From: a virus
Lineage: Duplodnaviria > Caudoviricetes
DNA: 64,000 nucleotides
Virus record (IMG/VR): IMGVR_UViG_3300044858_005176
Location: 2,131-66,130 of that record
Direction: 5' to 3' (one strand)
Positions 45,379 to 54,824 of this stretch are shown here, in pieces. The position numbers were made by a program, and so were the translations under genes. The notes beneath the pieces were generated by a model that was not told the DNA's origin, searched no databases, and saw only the letters and a list, made by a program, of their open reading frames with translations. The stretch's first letter is position 1. The number at the start of each line of letters is the position of its first letter.

Positions 45379-48207
45379 ATGGCAACCACAAGCCTCAATG
45401 GTGGGTCGATTTTCACCGCGCTGATTCCCCTCTATGTCACCGCGCCGGTTGCTGGTACCTTTAAGATTGGTAGGCTGAATGTCGATGATGTCTTTCAGGT
45501 TTCTGTTAATGGGGGTGCATGGGACAACTACATTGTGGAAACAAAGCTGTATTTTTCCGCAGGGGAAACAAAGCGCATTGCCCTGTGGTATCAAAATACC
45601 GCCTGGAGCGGATCGTATCTTGACCTTCAATTCTCGGGAGAGAGTGCCGCGAGTGTTTCGCCCTGGATTTATGGATCCCAAGACACTTCTTCCTTTATTT
45701 CCATCAAATGCCTTCCCTCGAGTGAGCTTCTGACTCTTGCAGGCAGGCTTCCGAACGATCTGCCATCGGTCCCGAACACGACCACAATAGGCGGGTTCTC
45801 CGGACTGATTTACTATACCAGGCAAAATAATGGGAATGGCACCACCGGCGCTCCTCCTAATCTGGCTCCAGTTGGGGTTGGCCAGAACTCGGCCTTGCCT
45901 GCGGATCCGTCGGGATATTTCACCTCAAGTGCGATCAATTTCTGGACCGATCTGCGCCCGTTTTCTCGTCCTTCTGGGACAGTCGAATGGCCGGCGATTA
46001 CGAGGGTTGCAAAGATTTCTCAGACTATCACTCTGGCATCGATCTCATCGAAAGCCCCTAACGCGGTTCCATTCACGGTCACGGCTACGGCAAGTAGTGG
46101 GCTGCCTGTCACGCTCTCGGTGCAGAGTGGTTCCGATGTTGCCACGATCTCTGGCAATACGATCACCCTGACGGGCCAGACCGGTACTGTTACCATCGCC
46201 GCCAATCAGTCAGGGGATGCCAGCTACACTGCCGCTACTCAAGTCACCAGGAGCTTCACTGTCGCCAAGCTTCCGCAGACCATCACTCTGGCATCAATCT
46301 CATCGAAAGCCCCTAACGCGGTTCCATTCACGGTGGCTGGCTTGGCAAGCAGTGGCCTGCCGGTCACGCTCTCGGTGAAGAGTGGCCCTGCCACGATCTC
46401 TGGCAATACGATCACGCTGACAGGTCAGACCGGAACTGTGGTTATTGCCGCCAATCAGCCAGGGGATGACAACTACACTGCCGCAATAGAAGTCACAAGG
46501 AGCTTCACTGTCACGAAACTCTCGCAGACCATCACTCTGGCATCAATCTCATCGAAAGCCCCTAACGCGGTTCCATTCACGGTGGCTGGCTTGGCAAGCA
46601 GTGGCCTGCCGGTCACGCTCTCGGTGGAGAGTGGTTCCGATGTCGCCACGATCTCTGGCAATACCATCACACTGACAGGTCAGACCGGCCAAGTTACCAT
46701 CGCCGCTAATCAGTCAGGAGACGCCAACTACACTGCCGCAACAGAAGTCACGACGAGCTTTGCTGTTGCGAAGCTCTCGCAGAGCATCACTCTGGCATCG
46801 ATCTCCTCCAAAGCTCCTTGGGAGGCACCATTCGCGGTCACGGCTACCTCAAGCAGTGGGCTGCCCGTCGCTCTCTCGGTGAAAAGTGGTGACGCCGTTG
46901 CCGCAATCTCTGGGAATACCATCACGCTGACCGGCAAGACTGGCACGGTGACCATTGCTGCCAATCAGTCAGGGGGGATCAATCACGATGCCGCTCCGGA
47001 GGTTACGAGATCCTTCTCCGTTGAGTTTCCCGTCGTGGCTACTGTGCGACTGAGGAAAAATCAGTTCTCGATAACCGATCCCTACAACGATGTCACCCTT
47101 GCTGGCGGAAATTATCGCTTCGCACGATGGAAAAAAGAGGGAACCATCCCACCCGGATTAAACTGGGAGGGAAACAATGAGGGGTTGAGATTTTGGGGCA
47201 CGCCAGCGGTCGCGGGGACATTCACGGCCACTTTTGAGGGGCCGTACTTGCCGAACTTCTTTTCAAGCGCCACCGTAGGCTCTAGCGGAGGCAACACCGT
47301 CTGCGGCATCAATGGAACTAAAAATGGAGGCATTTTAGTTACTGCATTCTCAATCCGTTTTGTCGTTACGGAAGTCATCGAACAAAACCCCGTAATCGAT
47401 GGCGTCCAGTTCTTTGGGCCAAGGACTTATGGAGAGGCCCTTAGCGGAGTCCTCCAGGGAAAGCTTGCTCGAAGGAGCGAATGGGGTTCTGACAAGAGAT
47501 GCATTGGTTCAAGGCCATTCACCGAAAATATCTCTGACTCCTCCTCGGCGAGAAATCTGACCACTCCTGCTACGGATAATTTCCTGATCTGGAATTATAC
47601 GGCACCTGCCTCCAGGACTGCTCAGGATGGCGCATCTGTCTATGTTCTGAGAAACGACCAGCTTGAAGAAGACGATATTACTGGGGCTGATTGGGTAGTC
47701 TCGGATTCCTCGGGCATGACATTCCCTGGTGAATCAACTCTGGATACGCTGAATGCGCGCCGTCAGATCATTCTTCCAGAAACCCCCACGGATTACGCAA
47801 CTTTTAACGGGGATCCTTTTGATGGGGAAAAGTGGAGAATAATAATGGACGCCGAGATCCCTCTTTCGGCGAACTCGAGATCCTTCGGTGACTTCTTTCT
47901 GCATGAGGATTTCAAGGGGGTGATTAAAATCAACTTCTGGACTTCGATCGACGGCCGCATCTCTAACTACCCATGGGCCTCCTTCGGGCTGAAGATGTTT
48001 TTCGGGATCATGGAGAACGGGATCGCTCAATATCGAAATCCCGATCCTGGCATGACGCTCGGTTATGATGTGGCTTCCACGAGCGCGGAGGTATTCAACT
48101 CAAGTCTGGTAACTGAAGGTAAACGTGGCGTCTTCAACCTGACATGCGCCGCGCTTCCTCCCAATTCCTCGGCCAAGGCTCACTTGAAAATCATCGCATT
48201 AAAATGA
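45379..48207 (+). CDS. Receptor-binding/adhesin-like protein with four Ig-like repeats
   Basis: N-terminal PA14-like VDD motif; QTITLASISSKAP repeats. Confidence 0.7.
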   Translation: MATTSLNGGSIFTALIPLYVTAPVAGTFKIGRLNVDDVFQVSVNGGAWDNYIVETKLYFSAGETKRIALWYQNTAWSGSYLDLQFSGESAASVSPWIYGSQDTSSFISIKCLPSSELLTLAGRLPNDLPSVPNTTTIGGFSGLIYYTRQNNGNGTTGAPPNLAPVGVGQNSALPADPSGYFTSSAINFWTDLRPFSRPSGTVEWPAITRVAKISQTITLASISSKAPNAVPFTVTATASSGLPVTLSVQSGSDVATISGNTITLTGQTGTVTIAANQSGDASYTAATQVTRSFTVAKLPQTITLASISSKAPNAVPFTVAGLASSGLPVTLSVKSGPATISGNTITLTGQTGTVVIAANQPGDDNYTAAIEVTRSFTVTKLSQTITLASISSKAPNAVPFTVAGLASSGLPVTLSVESGSDVATISGNTITLTGQTGQVTIAANQSGDANYTAATEVTTSFAVAKLSQSITLASISSKAPWEAPFAVTATSSSGLPVALSVKSGDAVAAISGNTITLTGKTGTVTIAANQSGGINHDAAPEVTRSFSVEFPVVATVRLRKNQFSITDPYNDVTLAGGNYRFARWKKEGTIPPGLNWEGNNEGLRFWGTPAVAGTFTATFEGPYLPNFFSSATVGSSGGNTVCGINGTKNGGILVTAFSIRFVVTEVIEQNPVIDGVQFFGPRTYGEALSGVLQGKLARRSEWGSDKRCIGSRPFTENISDSSSARNLTTPATDNFLIWNYTAPASRTAQDGASVYVLRNDQLEEDDITGADWVVSDSSGMTFPGESTLDTLNARRQIILPETPTDYATFNGDPFDGEKWRIIMDAEIPLSANSRSFGDFFLHEDFKGVIKINFWTSIDGRISNYPWASFGLKMFFGIMENGIAQYRNPDPGMTLGYDVASTSAEVFNSSLVTEGKRGVFNLTCAALPPNSSAKAHLKIIALK
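46021..47025 (+). repeat. Four tandem 249-255 bp Ig-domain coding repeats
   Basis: Units start at 46021, 46276, 46525, 46780 with long stretches of nucleotide identity. Confidence 0.9.
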
Positions 48208-49166
48208 CACCCTGCTGCACAGACATACTAAAGGAGGTTCCATGCCCTCAGCCAGGAGAGGGGCCTATCTGGTTTCAGTGCGCCTACGGGTCATGTCATG
48301 CCGGGGTGGGTCACGTTGTTCTAAGGGCTAATGATGGAACGGTCCTTTATGACGGGGATCCGACCGGAGGAAACTCCAAAAAGATATATATTCAATTCAA
48401 CGCCGCTACACTTAACTCGCTCGGCGGATCTATGGAGGTCACCTATAAGCCTGGGGATAAAGCGTGGCTGAGTCATTTATGCAGCAGAGCTACATTTAAT
48501 TGGGGCTACTATGGTAGTGATACAGTCGTGGGAACGGCTTATTTGGATAATCACGGAGGTCCAAACGACAAGGGTGGCAATGGATGGGAAAGACTCAATA
48601 CGTTTTCTATTCCTGCCGGGTCGGTGTCGGTTCTGTCCGTTGCATCGACTTCCTCCCAAAGAACCGTCTGCTATGAGGTCATTCCATCTTGCGGCCCTTG
48701 CGCCAATCAGCAACCGACCGGAATATGGACTCCTGCCGCCTCAAGTCAATGCGGTACATTCACTCAATTCGATTACGGCACAGATCCCTTGTGCCCCCCG
48801 TTCTCAAGGGTGGTAACTGGCCCACCTTGCTTTTCGGTTTACAAGGTTGGTGGATTAGGGAGCAATCCAGGATACGGATCTACCTGCAGTGGCTGTGGCC
48901 CTGTATTTGTCGGTAATATCACAGCCGCTACTGGAGCAGGCTCTACGGTTACTGTGGAGTGCGGCCCAGTCAATAAACTAAACAGCGTCGAGGCAGTTGG
49001 CGTGAATCCTTCCGGAGTTGTCGTCTGCTACAAAAACGTCCGGTCTACTGAATGGGCGGGGACGGGTAGATCAATCACCGTCAGCTACGATGATTGCATA
49101 AATCAAGTGTTTAGTGCGGCAACAAGCGAATGGTGCGGATACAATTACCCATTTCCTGCGGTCTAA
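48204..49166 (+). CDS. Cysteine-rich tail-region protein
   Basis: 18 Cys in 320 aa; ATGA overlap. Confidence 0.65.
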   Translation: MTPCCTDILKEVPCPQPGEGPIWFQCAYGSCHAGVGHVVLRANDGTVLYDGDPTGGNSKKIYIQFNAATLNSLGGSMEVTYKPGDKAWLSHLCSRATFNWGYYGSDTVVGTAYLDNHGGPNDKGGNGWERLNTFSIPAGSVSVLSVASTSSQRTVCYEVIPSCGPCANQQPTGIWTPAASSQCGTFTQFDYGTDPLCPPFSRVVTGPPCFSVYKVGGLGSNPGYGSTCSGCGPVFVGNITAATGAGSTVTVECGPVNKLNSVEAVGVNPSGVVVCYKNVRSTEWAGTGRSITVSYDDCINQVFSAATSEWCGYNYPFPAV

Positions 49167-49681
49167 TGACAACTATTAGGCTCAATATCGAGCGGGTGAC
49201 CGAATCCAAGTTGGTCATTTATGATGAGGCAAGGAATATCTTGTTTACCTCGAATATCACCGCCAATGAAATCGAGGCCGATCTCCCTCTCGGTGCCGCT
49301 GCGTGGTTCAATATATGGGCATTCTCCAACGGCAAATGGTCGATAGAATTTGGAGGGGTTCCCAAAGTCATCAATGCTGGGCTTGAAATAAATCCGCAAG
49401 TCGCTGAACACGATTTGTCGGTTTCTAATGGGGTAGGCACCGAGCTGAAGGGCCTCTTAAATCGTATCGGGATCACCTCTTCCCCTACATGCTCGTGCAA
49501 TCGCCGCGCCGTCGAAATGGATTCACGAGGGATTGAATGGTGCGAGCAAAACATCCCAACCATCGTCGCTTGGCTAAGGGAAGAAGCGGGTAAAAGAGGC
49601 CTTCCTTTCGTGGACCTGGCAGGAACAACCATCGTCAAACTGGCGATACGAAGGGCCAAGAAGAAGGCTGATGCCAGTTGA
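49166..49681 (+). CDS. Hypothetical protein with TCSC..R...M....WC domain
   Basis: GVGTELKGLL..IGITSSPTCSCNRRA.EMD; TAATG coupling. Confidence 0.65.
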   Translation: MTTIRLNIERVTESKLVIYDEARNILFTSNITANEIEADLPLGAAAWFNIWAFSNGKWSIEFGGVPKVINAGLEINPQVAEHDLSVSNGVGTELKGLLNRIGITSSPTCSCNRRAVEMDSRGIEWCEQNIPTIVAWLREEAGKRGLPFVDLAGTTIVKLAIRRAKKKADAS

Positions 49682-49701
49682 CGTTTTTGTCAGTGGGCAT
49701 G
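49677..49701 (+). promoter_or_regulatory. GTTGAC-N16-ATG element
   Basis: Precedes ATG 49699. Confidence 0.65.
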
Positions 49702-50082
49702 CAGTTAGCTATCTCAACTAAAACTCTTGCTTGGGTGGGATCATCACAACTTTCCCTGCGTCGGGGTGATCTGCTTCCGATTGAGGTGGTTTTTTTGGAA
49801 GGTGATAAAGCGATCGAACTTCCTTATGAGGCAACGGGCAGGCTGGCGCTGAAGTCCACTCCTAGCGGATCTTTCCTTGCGCAGGCCAATTCGTGGACCA
49901 AAATCGGGATTGGTGATCAAGCGGCCTATGTCTTCGACCTGAATCTCAATACAGAAGCAATGGCCGCCGCCATCGGATCTAGTGCCTCCATCAGCTTGCT
50001 CATGGAGCTGGAATGGGTTGTCGGGTTGTATCGTTACTCCTCTCCTGCTCTCGCCGTCACGATTGAACAATCGCTGATCTAG
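49699..50082 (+). CDS. BppU-like fibre anchor protein
   Basis: LRRGDLLPIEVVF...FDLNLNTE, similar to segments of the 40947 and 44583 products. Confidence 0.55.
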   Translation: MQLAISTKTLAWVGSSQLSLRRGDLLPIEVVFLEGDKAIELPYEATGRLALKSTPSGSFLAQANSWTKIGIGDQAAYVFDLNLNTEAMAAAIGSSASISLLMELEWVVGLYRYSSPALAVTIEQSLI

Positions 50083-50090
50083 TTTTGGGG

Positions 50091-50115
50091 GTTGACAGGG
50101 GGTGGTTCTGGTATG
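50091..50115 (+). promoter_or_regulatory. GTTGAC-N16-ATG element
   Basis: Precedes ATG 50113. Confidence 0.65.
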
Positions 50116-50511
50116 AACCCGGACACAACTTCCATCGCTGGATATTCCAAAACCGTCGGCGCAGATGCCGAGGTCTTTCTCGACGCTCAACAGAGGCCGG
50201 TAGCCGTTTCCGAGGAACATCCTCTGCCGGTAAAAATCGTTGCGGGATTGGAGCTTGAGTTTAAGAACGACCTGGGAAACCCGCTTCCGGTCACTGGTCC
50301 CCTCACCGATGCCCAACTGCGCGCTACACCCCTGCCAGTTTCGACTAGCTTCACGATCCCGCCGCACAATGACGTTGAGATCGCATACAGCCTCACGGCA
50401 TTTCCGTCTAAGCCCACCTACATGACGTTCCGGCTGAATGGCACGGCGGTATTCTGGCTCATGTTTACCTACGACGCCGCTGGGAACCTGACTCGTATCC
50501 AGCCCGATTAA
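50113..50511 (+). CDS. Virion/fibre accessory protein
   Basis: GNPLPVTGPLTDAQLRATPLPV; FTYDAAGNL. Confidence 0.6.
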   Translation: MNPDTTSIAGYSKTVGADAEVFLDAQQRPVAVSEEHPLPVKIVAGLELEFKNDLGNPLPVTGPLTDAQLRATPLPVSTSFTIPPHNDVEIAYSLTAFPSKPTYMTFRLNGTAVFWLMFTYDAAGNLTRIQPD

Positions 50512-50524
50512 ACAGCCGTAGAAT

Positions 50525-52321
50525 ATGGCTAATCTTTACTACAACGCCGCAGTTGATACGGCATGGGACACGCTAGGTAACTGGTGGAATGATGCCTCGT
50601 TTACCACTCCTGCGGCGGCTCTTCCTGCTACTGGGGATACTGTGTATATAACAGCCCCGATGACTGGCGGCCCATCTACGTCAGTAACGCTTGATCACAT
50701 CTACGTTAATACTGGTTATGTAGACTTTACTGGAGCAATAGGAGATGCCACGTTTAATGTCGGCTACAACGTCGGCCCAGTCACAGGCAACGCCACGTTC
50801 AACGACAATAGCTACAGCGCCAACATAGTAACAGGAGATGCCGAGTTCAACGACTCTAGCCACAACGGTAGCACAGTCACAGGCAACGCCACGTTCAACG
50901 ACAATAGCTTCAGCTACGGCACAGTCACAGGCAACGCCACGTTCAACGACAATAGCTACAACGCCGGCACAGTCAATGGAAATGCCACATATAACGGCGG
51001 GTTCACTGGCTGGGTTTGGGGATTTAACACTTACTTTATTGGTGGGTTAAGTACGCAAGGATACCTCAACTCCGAAGGCATTGGCGTTTTTAATGGCTTG
51101 TTCTACTTTAACGGGAAAACCCTACCGACCGATGGAATACTAAGGGTTAGAACTACTGGTGATGACAACACCGGCAATGGCTCTACCCAATTCCCGTTTG
51201 CTTCAGCTAATAGCGCATTTTCGGCAGCGTATGCTTCCAATTACGGCCCGCAAGTGCCTTGGACTATAGATCTGGGTGAGGGTAACTTCGGTGACGTTAA
51301 TGTAACTAATAATTTGGGGTACGGTGATCTCTTAATCTCCGTGGTGGGTATTCCTAATGGTTCGGTGCTGGGTGGTATTAGTCTTCCTCAGAGGTTCACA
51401 AACCTAACCCTAACAGATGTCCAAGCGGGTGGCATCGCTAGTACCCCGAATTTCTTTGCCTACCTAACTCTTGTACGTTCGGATGTAGGCAATATCTACC
51501 TTGACGGGGGATGGAGTGGCGGTAGTAGCGTAACGCTTGCTGACTCATCGGCTGGAAATATATATGTCAGCAGTACATATAGTACCGACTCTATCACTCT
51601 TACAAACTCCACCGCTGCTAATCTTGAGGTTAGAAGTAACTACGGATTGTCTAGCGGGGTAACTCTTACAAACTCCTCGGCATGGAATATCATCTACTAT
51701 GCTTATCAAGGAAACAATGGCGTAACTCTCTACAATTCCACAGCAGGTGACATTGCTATTTCGGCCTACGATTACGTATCTGGTTCTGTTTACTTACAGG
51801 GAACTTCCTCGGCGGGTACTATTACCGGCGATAACTTGCTTTGGATTAATGGCAGTCTCATGACTGGTTGGGGGCCGGATCTCGCGTGGTGGATTGGGTG
51901 GCCAGTCTACCTCATCAACGGGGTTCAACATAGCGGACTCAATCAGGATGGAAATGGCGTGGGCTCTGATGGTTACAAGTACATCAACGCAACTCGGGTG
52001 GTTTACGCATATAGTCTTCCTGCCGCAAACCAAGTACTCTCTGGAGTCGCCTATGGAGAGGGACTAACGGGAACACATACTGAAGCAACTATCCCCAATG
52101 CTCCGCAGGCGTGGGGCAATTACACTTACTACGCTCAAGGTGATGTCGTCAGCGAAGGTGGATTCCTTTGGCTACTAGCTAATACGGGCGGTTGGACAGT
52201 CGGTGGTCGCCCTAGCCTCGGATACGGGTGGCAGAAACTTTCAACAGGTGGCGGCGCATCCGCTCCGCAACCCATCAATCTCGCCCAACTCGTCGGGCTT
52301 CCCCCATTCATTCAACTCTAA
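50525..52321 (+). CDS. Beta-helical tail spike/fibre protein
   Basis: WDTLGNWW N-terminus, 16-aa VTGNATFNDNS repeats, VTLTNSSA repeats; low GC. Confidence 0.7.
   Translation: MANLYYNAAVDTAWDTLGNWWNDASFTTPAAALPATGDTVYITAPMTGGPSTSVTLDHIYVNTGYVDFTGAIGDATFNVGYNVGPVTGNATFNDNSYSANIVTGDAEFNDSSHNGSTVTGNATFNDNSFSYGTVTGNATFNDNSYNAGTVNGNATYNGGFTGWVWGFNTYFIGGLSTQGYLNSEGIGVFNGLFYFNGKTLPTDGILRVRTTGDDNTGNGSTQFPFASANSAFSAAYASNYGPQVPWTIDLGEGNFGDVNVTNNLGYGDLLISVVGIPNGSVLGGISLPQRFTNLTLTDVQAGGIASTPNFFAYLTLVRSDVGNIYLDGGWSGGSSVTLADSSAGNIYVSSTYSTDSITLTNSTAANLEVRSNYGLSSGVTLTNSSAWNIIYYAYQGNNGVTLYNSTAGDIAISAYDYVSGSVYLQGTSSAGTITGDNLLWINGSLMTGWGPDLAWWIGWPVYLINGVQHSGLNQDGNGVGSDGYKYINATRVVYAYSLPAANQVLSGVAYGEGLTGTHTEATIPNAPQAWGNYTYYAQGDVVSEGGFLWLLANTGGWTVGGRPSLGYGWQKLSTGGGASAPQPINLAQLVGLPPFIQL
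50745..50995 (+). repeat. 48-bp (16-aa) tandem coding repeats
   Basis: CAGTCACAGGCAACGCCACGTTCAACGACAATAGCT near 50777, 50873 and 50921, plus degenerate copies. Confidence 0.85.
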
Positions 52322-52346
52322 CCTCTAACCCCATTAACCCCAAGCC

Positions 52347-52766
52347 ATGAACCTCATCGCCCCTATTACAATCACCATCGCGGATCGTCCCGCGATGCCC
52401 AATCACCCTGCACCTGAACCCCGCGAGGTCACGATCAACTCGCTCACCCTGCGTCAGGCGATCGACGACCCGATTGCCAAGAAGGTCACAGTTCTCTTCT
52501 ACGAGACCCGTTTCCCCGTGACGATCTGGGAGGGTGAATCCTACGACGAGGCTGGCAACTGGACTCAGGAGCAACTGGAAGCCGCGATCTCTGCCGCCGT
52601 TGCCGCTGATGCCGTCAATGTCGTGACAGAGGGGATGGCTTTCCCAACTCAGCCCTCCGAGGCCGAACGCAAGGCCCAAGGCGAACGCATGAGGGCCGCA
52701 TTCCCGAACGGCTTCCCCCGTCCCGCTTGGATTCCGGCTCCGCAAGCACCAGCACCCGCAAAGTAA
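52347..52766 (+). CDS. Hypothetical protein (possible fibre chaperone)
   Basis: IWEGESYDEAGNWTQEQ; strong codon bias. Confidence 0.65.
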   Translation: MNLIAPITITIADRPAMPNHPAPEPREVTINSLTLRQAIDDPIAKKVTVLFYETRFPVTIWEGESYDEAGNWTQEQLEAAISAAVAADAVNVVTEGMAFPTQPSEAERKAQGERMRAAFPNGFPRPAWIPAPQAPAPAK

Positions 52767-52777
52767 ATACCCATGAG

Positions 52778-53059
52778 ATGAGCATCGATGAAGTCCGCAA
52801 CCAGACCGGGGTAAAGATCACTGTCGCAGAGTTAATCGCGGGAGTGGCCCTGATCATCACTGCCTTCTCGGCGCTCAATGGCTGGATCGTTCTCCCTGAG
52901 CAAGTTCGCTCGCTTAAGGAGGCCGATACGGCTCAGAGCGCGCGCATCGCGGCCATCGAGTTGTCAGCGCAGCAGAGGGCCGAGGTCCTGGCTCGCATCG
53001 ACGAGCGAACGCTGGAGATCAAGAAGGCGATAGACGCCCAAGCCGCAAAGCAAAAATGA
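52778..53059 (+). CDS. Single-TM coiled-coil lysis-region protein
   Basis: TM helix followed by LARIDER. Confidence 0.6.
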   Translation: MSIDEVRNQTGVKITVAELIAGVALIITAFSALNGWIVLPEQVRSLKEADTAQSARIAAIELSAQQRAEVLARIDERTLEIKKAIDAQAAKQK

Positions 53060-53571
53060 GACTCTGCCTCATCCTTCTCTGCGCGGTCGCCCTCTCTGGC
53101 TGCTCGGCCAGGCCTGAGCCTCGCTACACTGCACCTGCGCTTGCCTCGGTCTCGGTGCCTCTGCAGCGTGCTCACGATGCTGTCAAGGTGGCCCGTGATC
53201 GACTCGAGGCCGGGGATGTCCCAGCCGCCCGCGCCGCCATCGCCATCGCTGATGCCAAGGTGGAGGAATCCTCCCGTGCCCTGGAGGCCAAGGATGCCGA
53301 GGTAGGCCAGCTCGTCCAAGCCGTTGCGGATCGGGATGTGACCATCTCCGCGCAGCGGAAGGAGCTTCACCAAGTCGCCAAGGAGCGCGACATCATCCCA
53401 TACCTCTGCGCCATCGCCATGGCTCTCTGGCTTATGGGGCTCTCCGATGCCATTCCCGTCCTCAGTCAGTATCGCATCTGGCTTAAGGGTGCCGCTTTTG
53501 TCATTGGGTTCGGTGCTGGCTACGGCGCGGGTCGCATCGTGGTACGCTCTATAGCGGGATTTCTGCCATGA
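53056..53571 (+). CDS. Lipoprotein with C-terminal TM helices (u-spanin candidate)
   Basis: Lipobox ALSG-C, coiled coil, two C-terminal hydrophobic segments. Confidence 0.55.
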   Translation: MRLCLILLCAVALSGCSARPEPRYTAPALASVSVPLQRAHDAVKVARDRLEAGDVPAARAAIAIADAKVEESSRALEAKDAEVGQLVQAVADRDVTISAQRKELHQVAKERDIIPYLCAIAMALWLMGLSDAIPVLSQYRIWLKGAAFVIGFGAGYGAGRIVVRSIAGFLP

Positions 53572-53912
53572 ACCTCCGATCTATCCTCCGATCCATCCAC
53601 CAATGGGCGGATCTGCTGATCCTCCTCCCGATTACGCTTCTCCTGTTCGTATCCGGTAACAACTGGATCCGTCTCCTCGATCCTACTGCCTCTGTGGTGG
53701 AGTTAGGGACTCTCAGTATCTTGATTTTCAACCTGGTCTGTCTCTTTGCCATCTCCTCCTCGGCCTATTTCCTCTATTCGCTCTGGTTTAAGGACTACTT
53801 CACGGGTGAATGGTGGGCGAAACTGACTCGCTGGCAGGCCGTCAAGGCACACCTCATTCTATGGACTACTGTATTGCTGCTCTCTGCTTATGTGCTGCTG
53901 CGCAATCTCTAG
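53568..53912 (+). CDS. Holin candidate (3 TM)
   Basis: Three hydrophobic helices, directly before endolysin. Confidence 0.6.
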   Translation: MNLRSILRSIHQWADLLILLPITLLLFVSGNNWIRLLDPTASVVELGTLSILIFNLVCLFAISSSAYFLYSLWFKDYFTGEWWAKLTRWQAVKAHLILWTTVLLLSAYVLLRNL

Positions 53913-54379
53913 CCGGTGACGGGGACAGGTTGGTGGCATACGCTAGGACGCACCTGGCGGTGAGGGAGACAACGCCCAACCGCTCTTCTGACATCGACCG
54001 GTGGAACGCGGCGGCCGGTGCTCCGCTTGGTAGTCCTTATTGCGCGAGCTTCGTAACCGCGATGCACGCGGAAATGGGGATTCCTGCCGTTCGCTCCGCA
54101 TGGGCTCCGGCATGGTTCCCTGCAACCAAGAGGGTTCCAGCCGCCGCTATCGGCGCGGGTGATGTCTTCGGGCTTTATTTCCCGCTCAAGGGTCGCATCG
54201 CGCATGTCGGCTTCGTCCAGGGTAAGAAAGGGAATTTCCTGACGACGATCGAAGCCAATACTTCTCCCGATGCGGTCATGGGGTCAGCCGCCGACCGCGA
54301 TGGGCAGGGGGTTTATTCTCGCAGGAGGCCAATTTCGCTCATGGGTGCGCGCCGGAATTCTTACTCAAGGTTCTGGTGA
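53861..54379 (+). CDS. CHAP-domain endolysin with N-terminal signal-like peptide
   Basis: PYCASFV, HVGFV, TIEANT. Confidence 0.82.
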   Translation: MDYCIAALCLCAAAQSLAGDGDRLVAYARTHLAVRETTPNRSSDIDRWNAAAGAPLGSPYCASFVTAMHAEMGIPAVRSAWAPAWFPATKRVPAAAIGAGDVFGLYFPLKGRIAHVGFVQGKKGNFLTTIEANTSPDAVMGSAADRDGQGVYSRRRPISLMGARRNSYSRFW

Positions 54380-54556
54380 TTCTTCCAGAGTGATTCCATT
54401 CTTCTTCAAATGCTGGGTGAGCAAATGGGCCACCAATCCCGATAGGGTACGGCCATCTCTTCGGGCCACGATCATTGCCTTTTTTTTGATCGAGGGTCTG
54501 AGTGCTATGCCTACGGGGGACGCTAGATCCTTGGTGCGGCTTGGTAACTTCTTCAT
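54365..54556 (-). CDS. Ribbon-helix-helix repressor A
   Basis: VGIALRPSIKKKAMIVARRDGRTLSGLVAHLL. Confidence 0.7.
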   Translation of the reverse strand: MKKLPSRTKDLASPVGIALRPSIKKKAMIVARRDGRTLSGLVAHLLTQHLKKNGITLEESPEP

Positions 54557-54662
54557 GCAAGTAGTTTCGCGTGATTATTAAAAATTGTCAATTTTTCAAG
54601 AATAAGCAGGCCGCTTAGATTTTAGTTGCAAAGACATAACAGGAATTATTAAGAATGTAGGC
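54557..54662. promoter_or_regulatory. AT-rich divergent promoter/operator region
   Basis: ATTATTAA(A/G)AAT twice; TTGACA on minus strand and TTGCAA on plus strand. Confidence 0.6.
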
Positions 54663-54824
54663 GTGCCAAGACCAATCGTACCACCATCCAAACGCGCTCG
54701 TGTAACGGGAATCTCACTTCCGCCAGCTCTAGCGGCCTCCGCCAGGAAATATGCCACCTCCACTGGCAAGTCGCTCTCGGGGCTGATTCGTGAACTCCTC
54801 ATCGCCCACCTCAAGAACTCGTGA
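54663..54824 (+). CDS. Ribbon-helix-helix repressor B (53 aa, not in ORF track)
   Basis: MPRPIVPPSKRARVTGISLPPALAASARKYATSTGKSLSGLIRELLIAHLKNS; GTGA overlap with next gene. Confidence 0.75.
   Translation: MPRPIVPPSKRARVTGISLPPALAASARKYATSTGKSLSGLIRELLIAHLKNS

Noticed and set aside
50745-50995. DGR template/variable repeat (AAC-rich)
   Set aside because: In-frame beta-helix repeats; no reverse transcriptase and no non-coding template copy seen.
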